This document shows, piece after piece, positions 50,164-62,315 of a DNA stretch of 64,000 nucleotides. Source of the stretch: Octopus bimaculoides (Eukaryota); contig NC_068984.1 of the NCBI RefSeq assembly GCF_001194135.2, forward strand, positions 25,234,142 through 25,298,141. The letters are read 5' to 3'. The position numbers were made by a program, and so were the translations under genes. How positions within the stretch are numbered: the stretch's first letter is position 1; each line of letters opens with the position of its first letter. The notes beneath the pieces were generated by a model, which worked only from the letters and a program-made list of their open reading frames with translations, was not told where the DNA came from and did not search any database.

Positions 50164-51600
50164 AGAAAGAGATAGAGAGAAAAGGGATTATAATCCAAGC
50201 TTTGTCTTTGTGAAGCACATCTGCCCATTCCAGTAATCAAATGTATGTAGATAGATGTTTTATTTTGTCTTGGGAATTATGGGTAGGAGACACCATACAT
50301 GTTTTCTACATGTCTATAGTTTGTAGTTCTCATCCTGTAATGGAACGGCATGGAATTAAAAATATACCTTTTTTTTCACCTATTACTTACTATGGCAATC
50401 TGATTGAAACTTTACACACACACACACACACACACACTAGTTGATCAATTCAACACTTCAAGACTTAAAAGAGGCTTCAAGTGAGAATGATGCCAACAAT
50501 GATATCAAGATTTGAGGCACAATCACAAACACTATTGCCACCAGAACAAGCCTATGAGGGAATCTTTATATAATCATTTAACCTGCTGAAAATAGCAACT
50601 AAATCTCTCTCTCTCAAATCATATATTGGACACTATGAACTTGGGTTCCTAGTATTTGAAAGGAAAAAAAGAATGGTTATGGCTGGGATGTCTTTGATAA
50701 ATAACCGGCCCAATTAGGGATGAATTGGTGAGGGTAGAGAATAAATAACAACAACAACAACAGTAACAGAAATCGCAAAGGAAAATATGAAAATCACCAA
50801 GAAGAAGTACATCATTGCTGCCATAACAACAATCAAGCTATCACTATCATTAATACAATGTAAAAATGACAATAAGACAAATTATAGAACTTCAATACTT
50901 ATTGGAAATAACTGTTCAACAAATGACCTGCCACCATGTCCAGCACAAACTTCATTATATGAAATGAGGAGGTTATTCCTAGCAAGTGCTTAAGGGATAC
51001 AAGAAAGGTTTAACCTACAGTCTGGCACTTCTATAAAATATCAATGAAAAAATATAGAGTACCTGAACATCAGATGCCAATACACACCCTCAAGGACATG
51101 GTACAGTGATTTGTTCCTAAGAAAATAACTGATCAATGAGTAACATTTTAAAATCTGAGAAAGACATTACTGCACTAACTGACCTGGTTACAGGAGACAC
51201 AAGACTACTCACATCAACACACAAGGTTATAACAAAATGAATCCAGAATGACCATCCCATACATCCTTTCTATAACAGAACAGTTTTTTACAGATGAGTA
51301 ATAAGAGTAAAATTGCTACAGATGCAAAAATACACAATTCAAAGTATTTTTAAAATTTCCATATAGATCATTGGAAATATCAGACCCCTAGCTCTGTTGC
51401 CACACAAGTACATATAAAACAATTCACAAAATGATATGTACAAATTATTGTACAGTTTCCCGAGATGCCTCAAATCATAGCATAAACCTTAAGGGGTGTC
51501 ACTTAAAAAGATAGAAATTAACCAAACTAGATCAACAAACTAATTTATTCCTTTTAAAAGACTTCATTGTTCTTAACTTCCAATGATCAGATATCAAGAT

Positions 51601-52990
51601 TCATCATCATTTAACGTCTGTTGTCCATGCTGGCATGGGTTGGACAATTTGATTGGGCTGGCATGCTGGATGGCTGCACCAGACTCAGTCTGATTTGGTA
51701 TAGTTTTCTACAGGTGGATGCCCTTCCTAACGCCAAACACTCCGAGAGTGTAATAGGTGTTTTTACGCACCACCAGCACAGGTGCCATTTGTGTGACACA
51801 GAGATGCATTTACATGCCACGACTCTGATTTTGCTCAGCTTGATGGATCTTCTTCTCAAGCACAACATAATGCCAAAGGTCTTGGTCATTGTCTCCATGA
51901 GGTCCAACGCTCGAAAGGAGCTCAGCCACCTTGCCTCTATGAGGCCTAACACTCAAGAAGAACTCAGCCACTTTGCCTCCATGAGACCCAATGTTCAAAA
52001 GATGTTCTTTACATGCCACCAGCAGGGTGCACTTGGCTTGAAGAGTCTTCTCAAGCACAGCGTATTGTCAAAGTACTCAGTCACTAGTCATTGCCTTTGT
52101 GAGGCTCAAAGTTTGAAGATCATGCTTCACCACTTGTACCATGACTTCCTGGGTCTATCTCCACCACAGGTTCCCTCCACCGTTCTTTCTTTACACAGCT
52201 GTCCTTGTCCATACATATCACATGACCATACCAACACAGTCATCTCTCTTGCACACCACATCCGATTCCTCTTATGCCTAACTTTTCTCTCAAGATACAT
52301 ACACTCTGTTGAACATGCACACTGACATCGCACATCCAGCGAAGCATACTAGTTTCATTTCTTTCAAGCTTATGCATGTTCTCAGCTATCATAGCCCATT
52401 TTTCACAGCCATGCAGCATAGCTGTTTGCACACAGGCATCATACACTCTGTCTTTCATCCTGAGAGAGAGGTCTTTTGTTGCCAGTAGGGGTAGGAGCTC
52501 TCTGAACTTGCCCAGCCTAATCTTATTCTCACAGCTATGTTCTCGGAGTATCCACCTCCACTACTAACTTGGTCACCTAGATAACAAAAGTTATCTACTA
52601 CTTCTACCTTGCTCCTTTGGCAGTTGATAGAGTCTATTTTCTGCGCATTTTCAGCATTTGTTGTACCTGTGCACCTTCCACATACAAAAGTTAGTTTCAT
52701 TGTTAACCTTCCGATTCTGTTGCTGCACCTTTTATGTGTCCAATGCTTACACTGGGTGCATCTTATGGGGTTTCTACCTACATATTTTCTACAGATGAGC
52801 AGGACCATCTACCTGAAGGGATTTGTGATTTGTCTGCCTTCCTACTTACTATGACTTTGATTTTTGCTAGGTTAACTCTAAGGCCCTTTGAGTTTAAACC
52901 TTGCTTCCACACCTGGGGTTTCTTCTCTAGTTCAGTAATATCAACATCACAACTACCAAGGAGAAATTTCACCTGATCTCACTAACATGC
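51601..52990 (-). mobile_element. 5'-truncated RTE-clade LINE: RT C-terminus, Cys/His-rich insert, C-terminal region, 3' UTR and (ATG)n tail
   Basis: Frameshifted pieces WKQGLNSKGLRVNLAK, CTQCKHWTHKRCS, FCYLGDQVSSGGG, YDACVQTAMLHGCEKW, VEGTCGGDRPRKSW; CAT repeats at the plus-strand left end. Confidence 0.9.
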
Positions 52991-53756
52991 TGTGTCCAAA
53001 CAGATAGTTAAACGTTATGTTTCTACTTTCAAATAATATAGAATGCATCTACAGTTTGAAATTATTCCAATAGTTTATTTAACTGTAATACAATAGACTG
53101 AACAATATATATTCCACAAGATTTTGTAGTTCAGTATCTGACAGAAAGCAACCCCAAGTCTGCTGAAACTAAATTTCTACAAGGATTACCAGATATTAAT
53201 TCAGTGGGGATTAAAAGGGAAAAAAATGGAAATTAAATCAAAAGTTTCTCTATGAGAAGCATAATATGAAACGGAAGTCATTTACGTCAACAATGCAAGC
53301 TACATGCATTAAATATATTCTTGAAAGTAAGAACAAATGATCCCAAAAATATCTCCAAGGATAAAAATTCCCATCAGATAAAGAAAAAGTATGTCTCAAA
53401 TCAATAAAACTGACAATCTAATAACAGAAAAATCCAATGTCAGTCAAACATTGAAAATAAAATGGAGTGCTTCTATGAAAATGAAAAAAAGCAATAAAGG
53501 ACACCAGGGTTACATGAAAACAAAAATTCATGTTAAGGTTCTTGACAGACTGACAAAAGAAATAGCTTCAGGGAATTCCAAAAAAGACATTAAGGGAAAA
53601 GGTGCATTTATTACAGGATCCTCACAAAGTAAGTTAATACTACATGAATATTTCAGTGTTCCCTGTAACTCACTGTACACATTCAAAATAGCTAAGCTGG
53701 TTCTTGAAACGGCAACTTTTCATAAAGCAACAAGTAGCCACCAATTACGCTGATAT

Positions 53757-54110
53757 TATCATCATCATCATCATCATCATCATCGTTTAACGTCCGCCTT
53801 CCATGCTAGCATGGGTTGGTCGATTTGACTAAGGACTGGCAAACCAGATGGCTACACCAGGCTCCAATCTGATTTGGCAGAGTTTCTACAGCTGGATGCC
53901 CTTCCTAACGCCAACCACTCCGAGAGTGTAGTGGGTGCTTTTATGTGCCACCGGCACGAAGGCCAGTCAGGCGGTACTGGCAACGGCCACACTCAAAATG
54001 GTATATTTTACAAGCCACCCGCACAGGAGCCAGTCCAGCGGCACTGGCAACGATCTCGCGCGAATGTTTTTTTCACGTGCCACCGGCACAAGTGCCAGTA
54101 AGGCGAAGCT
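53757..54110 (-). mobile_element. RTE-type 3'-end element, inverted relative to 11555-11960, with (CAT)n tail
   Basis: Close reverse complement of 11670-11950. Confidence 0.85.
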
Positions 54111-54169
54111 GTAATATTTATTACAGATAAAATGAGGGTGAGCACAGTAACAGTCACTGATAGTTTATC

Positions 54170-54521
54170 TTTTACCTCTTACTAGTTTCAGTCATTAGAC
54201 TGCAGCCATGCTGGGGCACCACCTTGAAGAATTTAGTTGAACAAATCAACCACAGTACTAATTTTTTAAAACCTGGTACTTACTTTTTCAGTTTTCTTTG
54301 CTGAATTGCTAAGTTACAGGAGACATAAACACACCAACAACAGTTGTCTAGTGGTGGTTGGGGACAAACACACACAATGAGCTGCTTTCAATTTCCATCT
54401 GCCAAATTTACTCACAAGGCTTTGATTGGCCCAATGCTATAGTAGAAAACACTTGCCCAAAGTGCCATACAGAGGGACTGAACCCGTGTGGTTGGGAAGC
54501 AAGCCTTTTACCACAGCCAGG
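54170..54521 (-). mobile_element. SINE family A, minus copy
   Basis: Reverse complement of 49496-49860; other minus copies at about 2815-2960, 24085-24230, 26055-26435, 40320-40390, 44760-44905, 56640-56785, 62500-62670. Confidence 0.8.
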
Positions 54522-54577
54522 TCTGCTCCTATAGTTTCCTGACTATAAGTGCAAACATCCTGTTAGTAAGTGGTACT

Positions 54578-54712
54578 CAGCATGGTTTCCATCCAGATAG
54601 ACCCTCATTCACAGATTTGCTGCAATTCTTCAGCTTGCTATTAAAACAGTAGCAGAAGCTATCAACAGAGGTATTGTATATCTGGAATTTGCAAAGGATT
54701 TTGATAAATTGC
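54578..54712 (+). mobile_element. CR1/L2-like RT fragment
   Basis: QHGFHPDRPSFTDLLQFF then, after a frameshift, IVYLEFAKDFDK; corresponds to QHGF...YLDFAKAFDK. Confidence 0.6.
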
Positions 54713-55689
54713 TCGTGGAATTAAATGCTGCATACTAAGTAACTTCAATAAAGTCAGAAAATTAGAATTTTAAATGACAGAAGTCAAACTGTTTCAGACA
54801 ATAGTACACATCAGAAGGGAAAACAAAAAATTCAGAAAATTATATTCTTGACAATTGTAACAGAACAACCAGGGGTACCAAAACATCAAAGGAAAACAAG
54901 CCTAAAGATGTAAAGAAATCTACAGAAGGATTGATTTTATAATGATATGGCAACTGATAAAAACACTTTATACTATTAGTTTCAAATTTGGCACAAGACC
55001 AACAATTTGGGAGGAAGAGGTAAGTTGATTACATCAACCCCAGTGCTTATTTTATTGACCCCAAAAGGATGAAAGGTATAGTCAACTTCAGCAGAATTTG
55101 AACACAGGCCATAAAGACTGACAAAAAGCCACTAAGCACATTGTCCAGAGTGCTAACAATTTTGCCAGCTCACCACCTTAAAACACTTTAAAATATCGGA
55201 AAGTTTTAAGCATTTTTCTACTGGTTGTCTTAACACATTGTATCCTGAACACACTAAATCAAGATCACAGTCTCAGAGTCAGAATATGCACAAGCCCAGT
55301 GTAATCAAGCACATTACAAAACAGCCCATGATGATTGCAAAGTTAAAAGTTTTAAAACTCAAGGATGCAGTAAATTATATCTGGAAAATCTGGTCTAGCA
55401 CAAAACTTTGGTTTGAAAGGTGCATGAATCCCAGAAATGGATTACGCTTACTGCATAGTAACAAAAGCTTCACATTTTCCTTCATGGATTCAGATCACAT
55501 ACTGCATTAGTTTAAGGTTTGATATTATCTTCAAAACAAAGGATCTGTATGGTGTGATGAAATCACTGAAACTTGAACAGTCTACTGTATATGGTCTGCA
55601 CCTATGTCACAGCAGGGTATGCAAATAAGAGTATTGTTAATCAAATGTTCCCATTTCCACAACATAAAGGCTACATAGATAATCTTTTC

Positions 55690-55898
55690 TACTCTAGGCA
55701 CAAGGCACAAAATGGGGGGGGAGGGGGGCCAGTCAATCAGATCGACCCGGTATGCAACTGGTACTTAATTTATCGACTCCAAAAGGATGAAAGGCAAAAC
55801 TGACCTCAGCAGAATTTGAACTCAGAATATAAAGACAGATGAAATACCGCTTAGCATTTCACCCAGCATGCTAACGTTTCTGCCAGCTCGCTGCCTTT
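55690..55898 (-). mobile_element. SINE family B, well-preserved copy; others at about 7829-8035, 16003-16160, 22925-23175, 23787-24000, 33123-33315, 42440-42610, 54980-55178
   Basis: Minus-strand head AGGCAGCGAGCTGGCAGAAACGTTAGC and B box GAGTTCAAATTC; core GCCTTTCATCCTTT. Confidence 0.85.
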
Positions 55899-58800
55899 AA
55901 GCTACATAGATATTGGCAGGAACAGTAAAAGAGAATAATAGACCGGTTTTAAATTGTGTATCTCAAGTTTTCTATATGTATTTGTCTTTTGCATGCACTT
56001 GGAATGTCAAGCATAATATTGCTTTTGCACCATTTTCAAAATGAACTTTGTCTATTATTCTCATACTTGAATCATGATTTTTGATTCACATCTTGAGAGT
56101 ATTCATAAGTATATATTCACATACCCATAAAGAAACTTGACAGTGACTTAGAAATGTTGCCAAATGATGCTTTGCCAGACTACCTGATAAAACCAATAGT
56201 CAGAGAAAGTTCAGTCACTGTCAGCCTTTTCTTTGTAAAAATATATTCCATGTGATGATGATGATGAGCACTTAAATGTATTCATTAAACTTTCAATTAA
56301 CAATTGTTTTTCTATACGTATACATAAACACAAATTATACATATATTTGTCTTTGGGGGGGGGGGGGATTAATGTTCAGTTTTCCCTGCTAGCAGGAGTT
56401 TGGATGGAGATTTAATTGAGACAGGATTTTTGCGGCTGGGTGCTCTTCCTGTCACAGACCCTTACTTGTTTTCCAGGTAAGGAATTTCTTTATTCTGAAA
56501 GTTTTTGAAAGTGCAGAGTAGCTAATCAAAGTACCAAAAAGAAATGTATCCACAAAAAAATCAGCCTTGCTTTGCTCAAGCAGTGATAAGCACAATATAA
56601 ACATTCATGCACATCTGCACACATGCACATATCTACAACAAACTTCCTGCAGTTCCCTTCTACCAATTTTCTTTACGCAGCATTGGTTAGCTGGGGTCAA
56701 TAGTAGCAAACTTTTAACCCAAGGTGTTGTGCAATCGGGCTGAATCTGAAACCACACTGGTGCAGAGTAAACTTATCATAGCCATGCTCCCCTCCACACA
56801 CACAATTACAAGTAGCAAATCACTTAGGCAATTTCAACAGTACTATTTATCCAATTGAAAATCAACAACTAATTCAAAAATTATAAATGTATGTACGCTT
56901 TCAACACTCTGACCTTCTTACAGATATTACAAAACAATTGATAGAATGAGTGATGGTGTTGAAAAGGTTTAAAACACCTTTGAAGAGTAATTCTACATAT
57001 GAAAATGCTATTAATATCAAGAATGGTTAACTATCAATCAAGATAATTAAGTCAGAAACAAGTAGTATAAGGATATAATTTGAAGAAAAGTGGGGTGTGT
57101 TCAATTTGTGTAATAATAAATTATTAAAAATATGTTTTATTAATTGAACATTTACTTTAAATCTCAAGAGGATGATACCTGTAGCCAGGGGAATTTAATA
57201 TGACCTAAGCAAAATATGAAAATCACACACAAATTATGAAAAATAAAAGATTATTGAAGCAATGATGCATAAAGGATAAAGACACTGGTTAGAAGTAAAA
57301 TTTCATTATTATTAAATGATGAAAGAAAGGGAGGTAAGAAAATAAATAAAAATGAATATTAAGTATGAAAACAGGATATGAAGGGTGGAAAATGTTGATT
57401 AAAAACTATATGGAGATCATCATTATTATCATTATTCATCTGTTTTTCATACTGGCATGCATAGGCTAGCTGGACAGGATCCAACAACTCAGAAGGCTAC
57501 ATAAACTTTTAAACAATTATACACTTGCCAATAACCTGATGAGTCAACGAGAGGACTTCTCTGTAGTTGTTTAACCTACTGGAAATCACAGTCAAATCTA
57601 TTTTAAATCACACTCTATCATATTTAAGAAAGAAAGAATATTTTAGATAATGTAGTCCTAGATGGAAATGGCTGGAATGCCTTTGATCACAGATAGATTT
57701 GTTTGATGCTTGATCAATACTGATACAGTTCAAGAATATATATATATATATATATATATATATGGGATTCGCAGTTTAGGCTTGTTATAGTAGTAGTTGT
57801 AGTAGTAACAACAACAAATATCTAAATGTTAAGAATTAAAGCAAAACAATTGTTTGATAATAATATTAACCCACCCACCCCAATTCAGTGTGAAAGTAAC
57901 TGAGAAACAGTAAAAAAAAAAGACTACAAGAATTAACAAAAGAATTTTGCTCAACACTGCTGTACAGTAATTTCAAATTCTTTTGATCAACCTCTTAAAG
58001 ACAAAAATTTTTTTAATTTTCAAGACAAAAATGTGGCTTCAACTTTAGACAAACGTTTTAGAAGCTGAGATTTTAATTTTCTGAAAATCATGAAGTTTGT
58101 TTATACTTTAAATAGTTCTATCACAGAGTAACTTCATGCTAAAAACAAGGCTATTAATGGGAATGTATACATTTTCTGTATCAAATATTTGATTACTATC
58201 TAAGAAAACATTTCAGAAAAGCTACTAAGAGGAAGTGAAATGATGTATATACTTCAGTCACCCAACTGTTTTTCCTTAGCAAGAAAGGGGAGTGGTGAAA
58301 GAAAACTGCACACAAGTAATACTAGACATATTTACAGTTATAAATGTTAATTACCAATATTGATTAATAACAAATTTATAAAACTTTTCATGTACGTGTG
58401 CGCGTATGTATGCGTGTGTGTGTTTGTTGCTATAAAATTTGATAAAAACTGGGTCATGAAATTCTAACATAATTAACTTATGGCTATTAATACTGAACAG
58501 ATTTAAGTGTAAACACATTACTTACCAGTCATTGTTCAAAATTCATCTCTCTAGAACTACTTCCAATCTATTATCCTTGCTGCTCCAAATAGGTCACAAA
58601 AACAGTGGTCAAAATATTTCCATTGTTATTGTAATTATCAGTGAAATACCCAGAAACTGCACATTGCTTCAGTTAAGCTGAAGCTAACAGCTAAAATGTT
58701 ATAGCCAAAGCAGTTAAAATTTTCTATTGCAATTTTAAACATTTTCCCATTTCAAATAGAAAGCTAGAATTGATAAAATCCAGATAAACTGTTAAATACT

Positions 58801-59001
58801 GAAACACACAAATGTTTATAATTTTTTTCTTTTAAATATAAGTAACATTAAGTTTATCTCTTCATACAAGTAGCTTTTGTGGTCCAGTACAAGCTTTGAC
58901 CATCCTAGAACCGCTTGACCAAACACACATCATGAAGAGCCTGTTAACATCCAACGTAAAAGTAGGTTTTCTCTGTCAAGACACTTCATGTTTCTTCCGT
59001 T

Positions 59002-59025
59002 TGACTCATTATTGGTGCAGCCAAT
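59002..59025. promoter_or_regulatory. Motif cluster: AP-1-type TGACTCA and two oppositely oriented CCAAT boxes
   Basis: TGACTCA 59002-59008, ATTGG 59011-59015, CCAAT 59021-59025; motif presence only, no functional evidence. Confidence 0.3.
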
Positions 59026-59126
59026 AGACAATATTCCCTAAACAAGAGTCATTTCCTTGATTTAAAAAACTGAACTCTCATGGAAATGCCTACTTCAAAT
59101 AAGCAGAAGGGCAGACAAAAAAATAG

Positions 59127-59164
<38 letters not shown>

Positions 59165-59239
59165 CAAACATTTGCGTAGAGAGTGAAATGAGAGGAAGAG
59201 AGAGACTGAGAAAAGAGAAGAGACAGTGAATGAGAGAGA

Positions 59240-59480
59240 GAAAGCGAGCATGAGTGAGAGGGTGCATGAGAGTGAGTGAGTGAGAGTGCATGAAAGACAG
59301 AGAATGCATGAGTGAGAATGCTTGAGTGGGAGAGAATGCATGAGTGTGAGAGAGAATGCATGAGTGTGAGAAAGTGTGCATGAGTGTGAGAGAGTGTGCA
59401 TGAGTGAGAGAGTGTGCATGAGTGAGAGAGTGTGCATGAGTGTGAGAGTGCATGAGTGAAAGAGTGCATGAGTGAGAGAA
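59240..59480. repeat. Degenerate 16-20-bp minisatellite (GAGAGTGTGCATGAGT-like), 11 TGCATG cores
   Basis: TGCATG starts at 59263, 59287, 59305, 59337, 59357, 59377, 59397, 59415, 59433, 59449 and 59465. Confidence 0.9.
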
Positions 59481-60987
59481 CTACAGAGAAAAGAGGAGAG
59501 AAAGTGAGCAAGGCAAAAGTGAATGAGAAGAGAAACAGTGAAGGACAGAGGAGGAGGGAGAGAGAAAGAAGAAAGGAAAGAAGAGAAGTGAAGATGTAGT
59601 CATCATGTCTGAAAGAACACTTAGAAATAAGCGAAACACAATGAACCTTATTACCAGAATAATTTATATTACTATGGTTACAAAAGAGGCATTTTGTGAG
59701 TTAATATCTCATACTTCAGATTTTCATCCTCTTGTATATTGGATCTCAACAATTCATCAAAAAATAACGTTTTGAAACGCATGTGCAGACACACAATTTA
59801 ATGCACTTTGACACATACATAGAGAAGCTAAAGCGAAGGCCTCCAAAAAAACTACTTGACGAATTTGTGGTTAAAAATAATATACAAATCACATGCTACT
59901 AACTGAAAAAAGGAAGGGTGTATTGGATAATGTAGTCTTAGATCTCATTAAAATCACAGGATGTTCATGAGCGAATTGCATCTGATCACAGATTAGTTCA
60001 ATCAGGATTGACTTGGGTTAAACAACAACATATAAGGATCAGATTTAAATTGTTATACCTGTGCACATTAAAGACTTTTTTATATGGGAAGGACATATAA
60101 TGTTCAAAACATTTGTGTAACATGGGCATAATATATTAAAGGCACATTTTAGAAAAATCTGGAAGATGAGTGCAGTAATAAAATTTTTACTTTTTTTTTT
60201 ATGAACCCACTTACAGATCATTCAGTTAAATGAAGAATTTTCCAGGAGAGATAGACACACTAAATTTTTACAGAATGCTCTAGTAGATATGGGAATACTG
60301 CATACAGATTTACCTGAGGACATTGGTACACTGAATACAGACTTCTGGAATTCCAAAATACAGTATATAATCATGCTTAGAAACACTTTAGAAATAGTCC
60401 ATTGAGACACACTGACACATTGCGATTGGCCATACTGGGAATCAGGAAAACAAAATGCAGAGATGGGTATACTAACCAGAGACTTAATATATAGTTATCA
60501 AAACACTTTGGGAGGCTTGCACCACACTACAAAACAGAGAGTAGTTGAAACAAATATCCTTGAATTCAGAACTTTCTGAAAGATGTGAACTTTTATTAAT
60601 TAATATTTTATTTGAATGCTATTGTTCTGGCAATTTGTGTTTCATTCATAGATTTGTTGAAGTAGTTGTTACAGCTGAAAGATTTTCTCGTCACCAAACT
60701 TGAAGGACATGTATTCAAAGAAACCTGCAGCAAGACTTATCAGAAATCTCTAAGCTTGAGACTATCCTAACAGGTTTTCAAATGAATAGCCAGATTGCAA
60801 GACTTCATGCACCATATTAAGTTAATTGGTAAATCAATCAAAAAGTAGTGAAATATAAGATTTGAATGATTCAACTGCAGACCCTAAAATAGTTACTTTA
60901 AACTATCAAATCCAGTTTCATTGAAAGATATTGTGACTACACACAAACACACACATTTACAATACATAACAACCAATAAATACTGAC

Positions 60988-61063
60988 CACAATCATTTCC
61001 GATGGCTCCAAAGTAAGGCACTCGCTGGTCCGCCGTGTACATCCTGGAGGACGTTTGCCAAAA
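60988..61063 (-). CDS. RAPGEF2: PDZ-GEF exon 1 in window: (S)FGKRPPGCTRRTSECLTLEPSEMIV, end of N-terminal cNMP-like region
   Basis: Acceptor ttttcag, donor GTCAGT; phase 2 to 0; resembles RAPGEF6 SFGKQ...CLVLEPSEMIV. Confidence 0.9.
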
Positions 61064-62108
61064 CTGAAAAAGAAAAGAGAAACTGAAATGAAAATCTCAT
61101 AAAATTTGCTTACGACAGACAAATGCTGTAATTTCTTGTAAAAGTTCATTGATTTTCTGACAACAAAGTAAATAAACTGATTAGATTAGTCAACAAGGTC
61201 AATAAAACAGATAATCATCATAAAGAAAACTAGAAAAAGTGGCATGGTAATTCATCAGAACCAGGCAATGAGAAGGAATTCTTTCAAAATATCAAATATC
61301 TTTTGAGGAAAACTGTGTGTGTTTGAATACGCATGAATATAACATATATATTTGTATTTATTATTGTAGGTTTGTGTGTATAGCCATAACAATAGAAGTG
61401 GAAATACAAACAAAATGTTTATGTAATCTTATGTGTATATAACAATGCTTATTTAGGTGTTTTTTCAAAGTTATTTATCTAATATATCACCATCATTTTA
61501 TATTCCCTATCCCTATGTATAATGGAAAGGACAGGTTTCACAGCATCTTGTTGCTATCATTTGTCATTCAGCACACACAACATCAGAGGAAACCACCAGT
61601 GCTGCATACTTTTTTTTCCTATAAGTTCTCATCACCAATCACTTTACAACATGGACTTCTTATTCAAAGTTACTGACATCCTGGACAGGCTGCCTGCGAT
61701 GCAGCCCACTAAAATCTATGTTTCCTGTGTCAAGTTCACCTTCTGCTTAACATACTCACCCCAATCCCATATAGACACCCTTCCTACAAGTAATCACTTT
61801 CTAATATGGACTGAGAATATTTTAAAATGCAATCAACACTAGAGTTGTCTGCAGCAAGGATAAAGTCTTCCCTAACCTATTCTTCATAATATCTAATGGT
61901 ATTTTGTTTCCAGAGTTCAATACAATATCCAAATAATCTCCAAAGCATCAGCACATATGCATATACAGAGGTAGGGGAGAGATAAAAGCTGGCAGACACA
62001 GAAGAATAAGGGGGACAACAGTAAATTGCTAAAAAAGTAAACAAAGAATCGAAATTTCCTTCAAACAAACTGAACAAACAGAAATCCAATTTCTGCCTTC
62101 AAATTTAA

Positions 62109-62315
62109 CCCATTAACATTTAAACCAGCCATATCTGCTCCAAATATTCTGCCAGTTTTAAGTTGAAAAAAGCCCAATCTGGACTTTCACACATACCCCA
62201 CAATGTCATTCTAAATACAAACAATCACACTGAAATGTTGGAGCTACAGGATAATGCACGATTAATTCAAACCAATAAGCATTATATTCGACAGAGTAAT
62301 CTGAATGATAAAGGG
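62109..62315. mobile_element. piggyBac-type MITE in opposite orientation
   Basis: TTAA/CCCATTAACATT...AATGATAAAGGG/TTAA; interior is the reverse complement of 14226-14446. Confidence 0.75.

Larger units (their letters stand above)
924..61063 (-). other. RAPGEF2: PDZ-GEF / RAPGEF2-6 family gene, partial (23 coding exons; 5' and 3' ends outside window)
   Basis: Spliced translation is colinear with human RAPGEF2/6 as I recall them ([88 protein letters not shown]). Every junction is AG/GT and phase-compatible. A single invertebrate gene is expected to be co-orthologous to RAPGEF2 and RAPGEF6. Confidence 0.96.

Noticed and set aside
51621-52325. 234-aa plus-strand ORF as a nested gene
   Set aside because: It is the antisense reading of the RTE LINE remnant.
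53391-53753. 120-aa Lys-rich plus-strand ORF
   Set aside because: No recognisable motif or splice structure; composition follows the A-rich strand bias.
57536-57560. CTGATGA-GTC...GAC as a second hammerhead
   Set aside because: Stem II is followed by TTCT rather than GAAA, so the core is incomplete.
59049-59511. Three overlapping His/Ser/Leu-rich ORFs
   Set aside because: Products of the stop-free minisatellite, not coding sequence.
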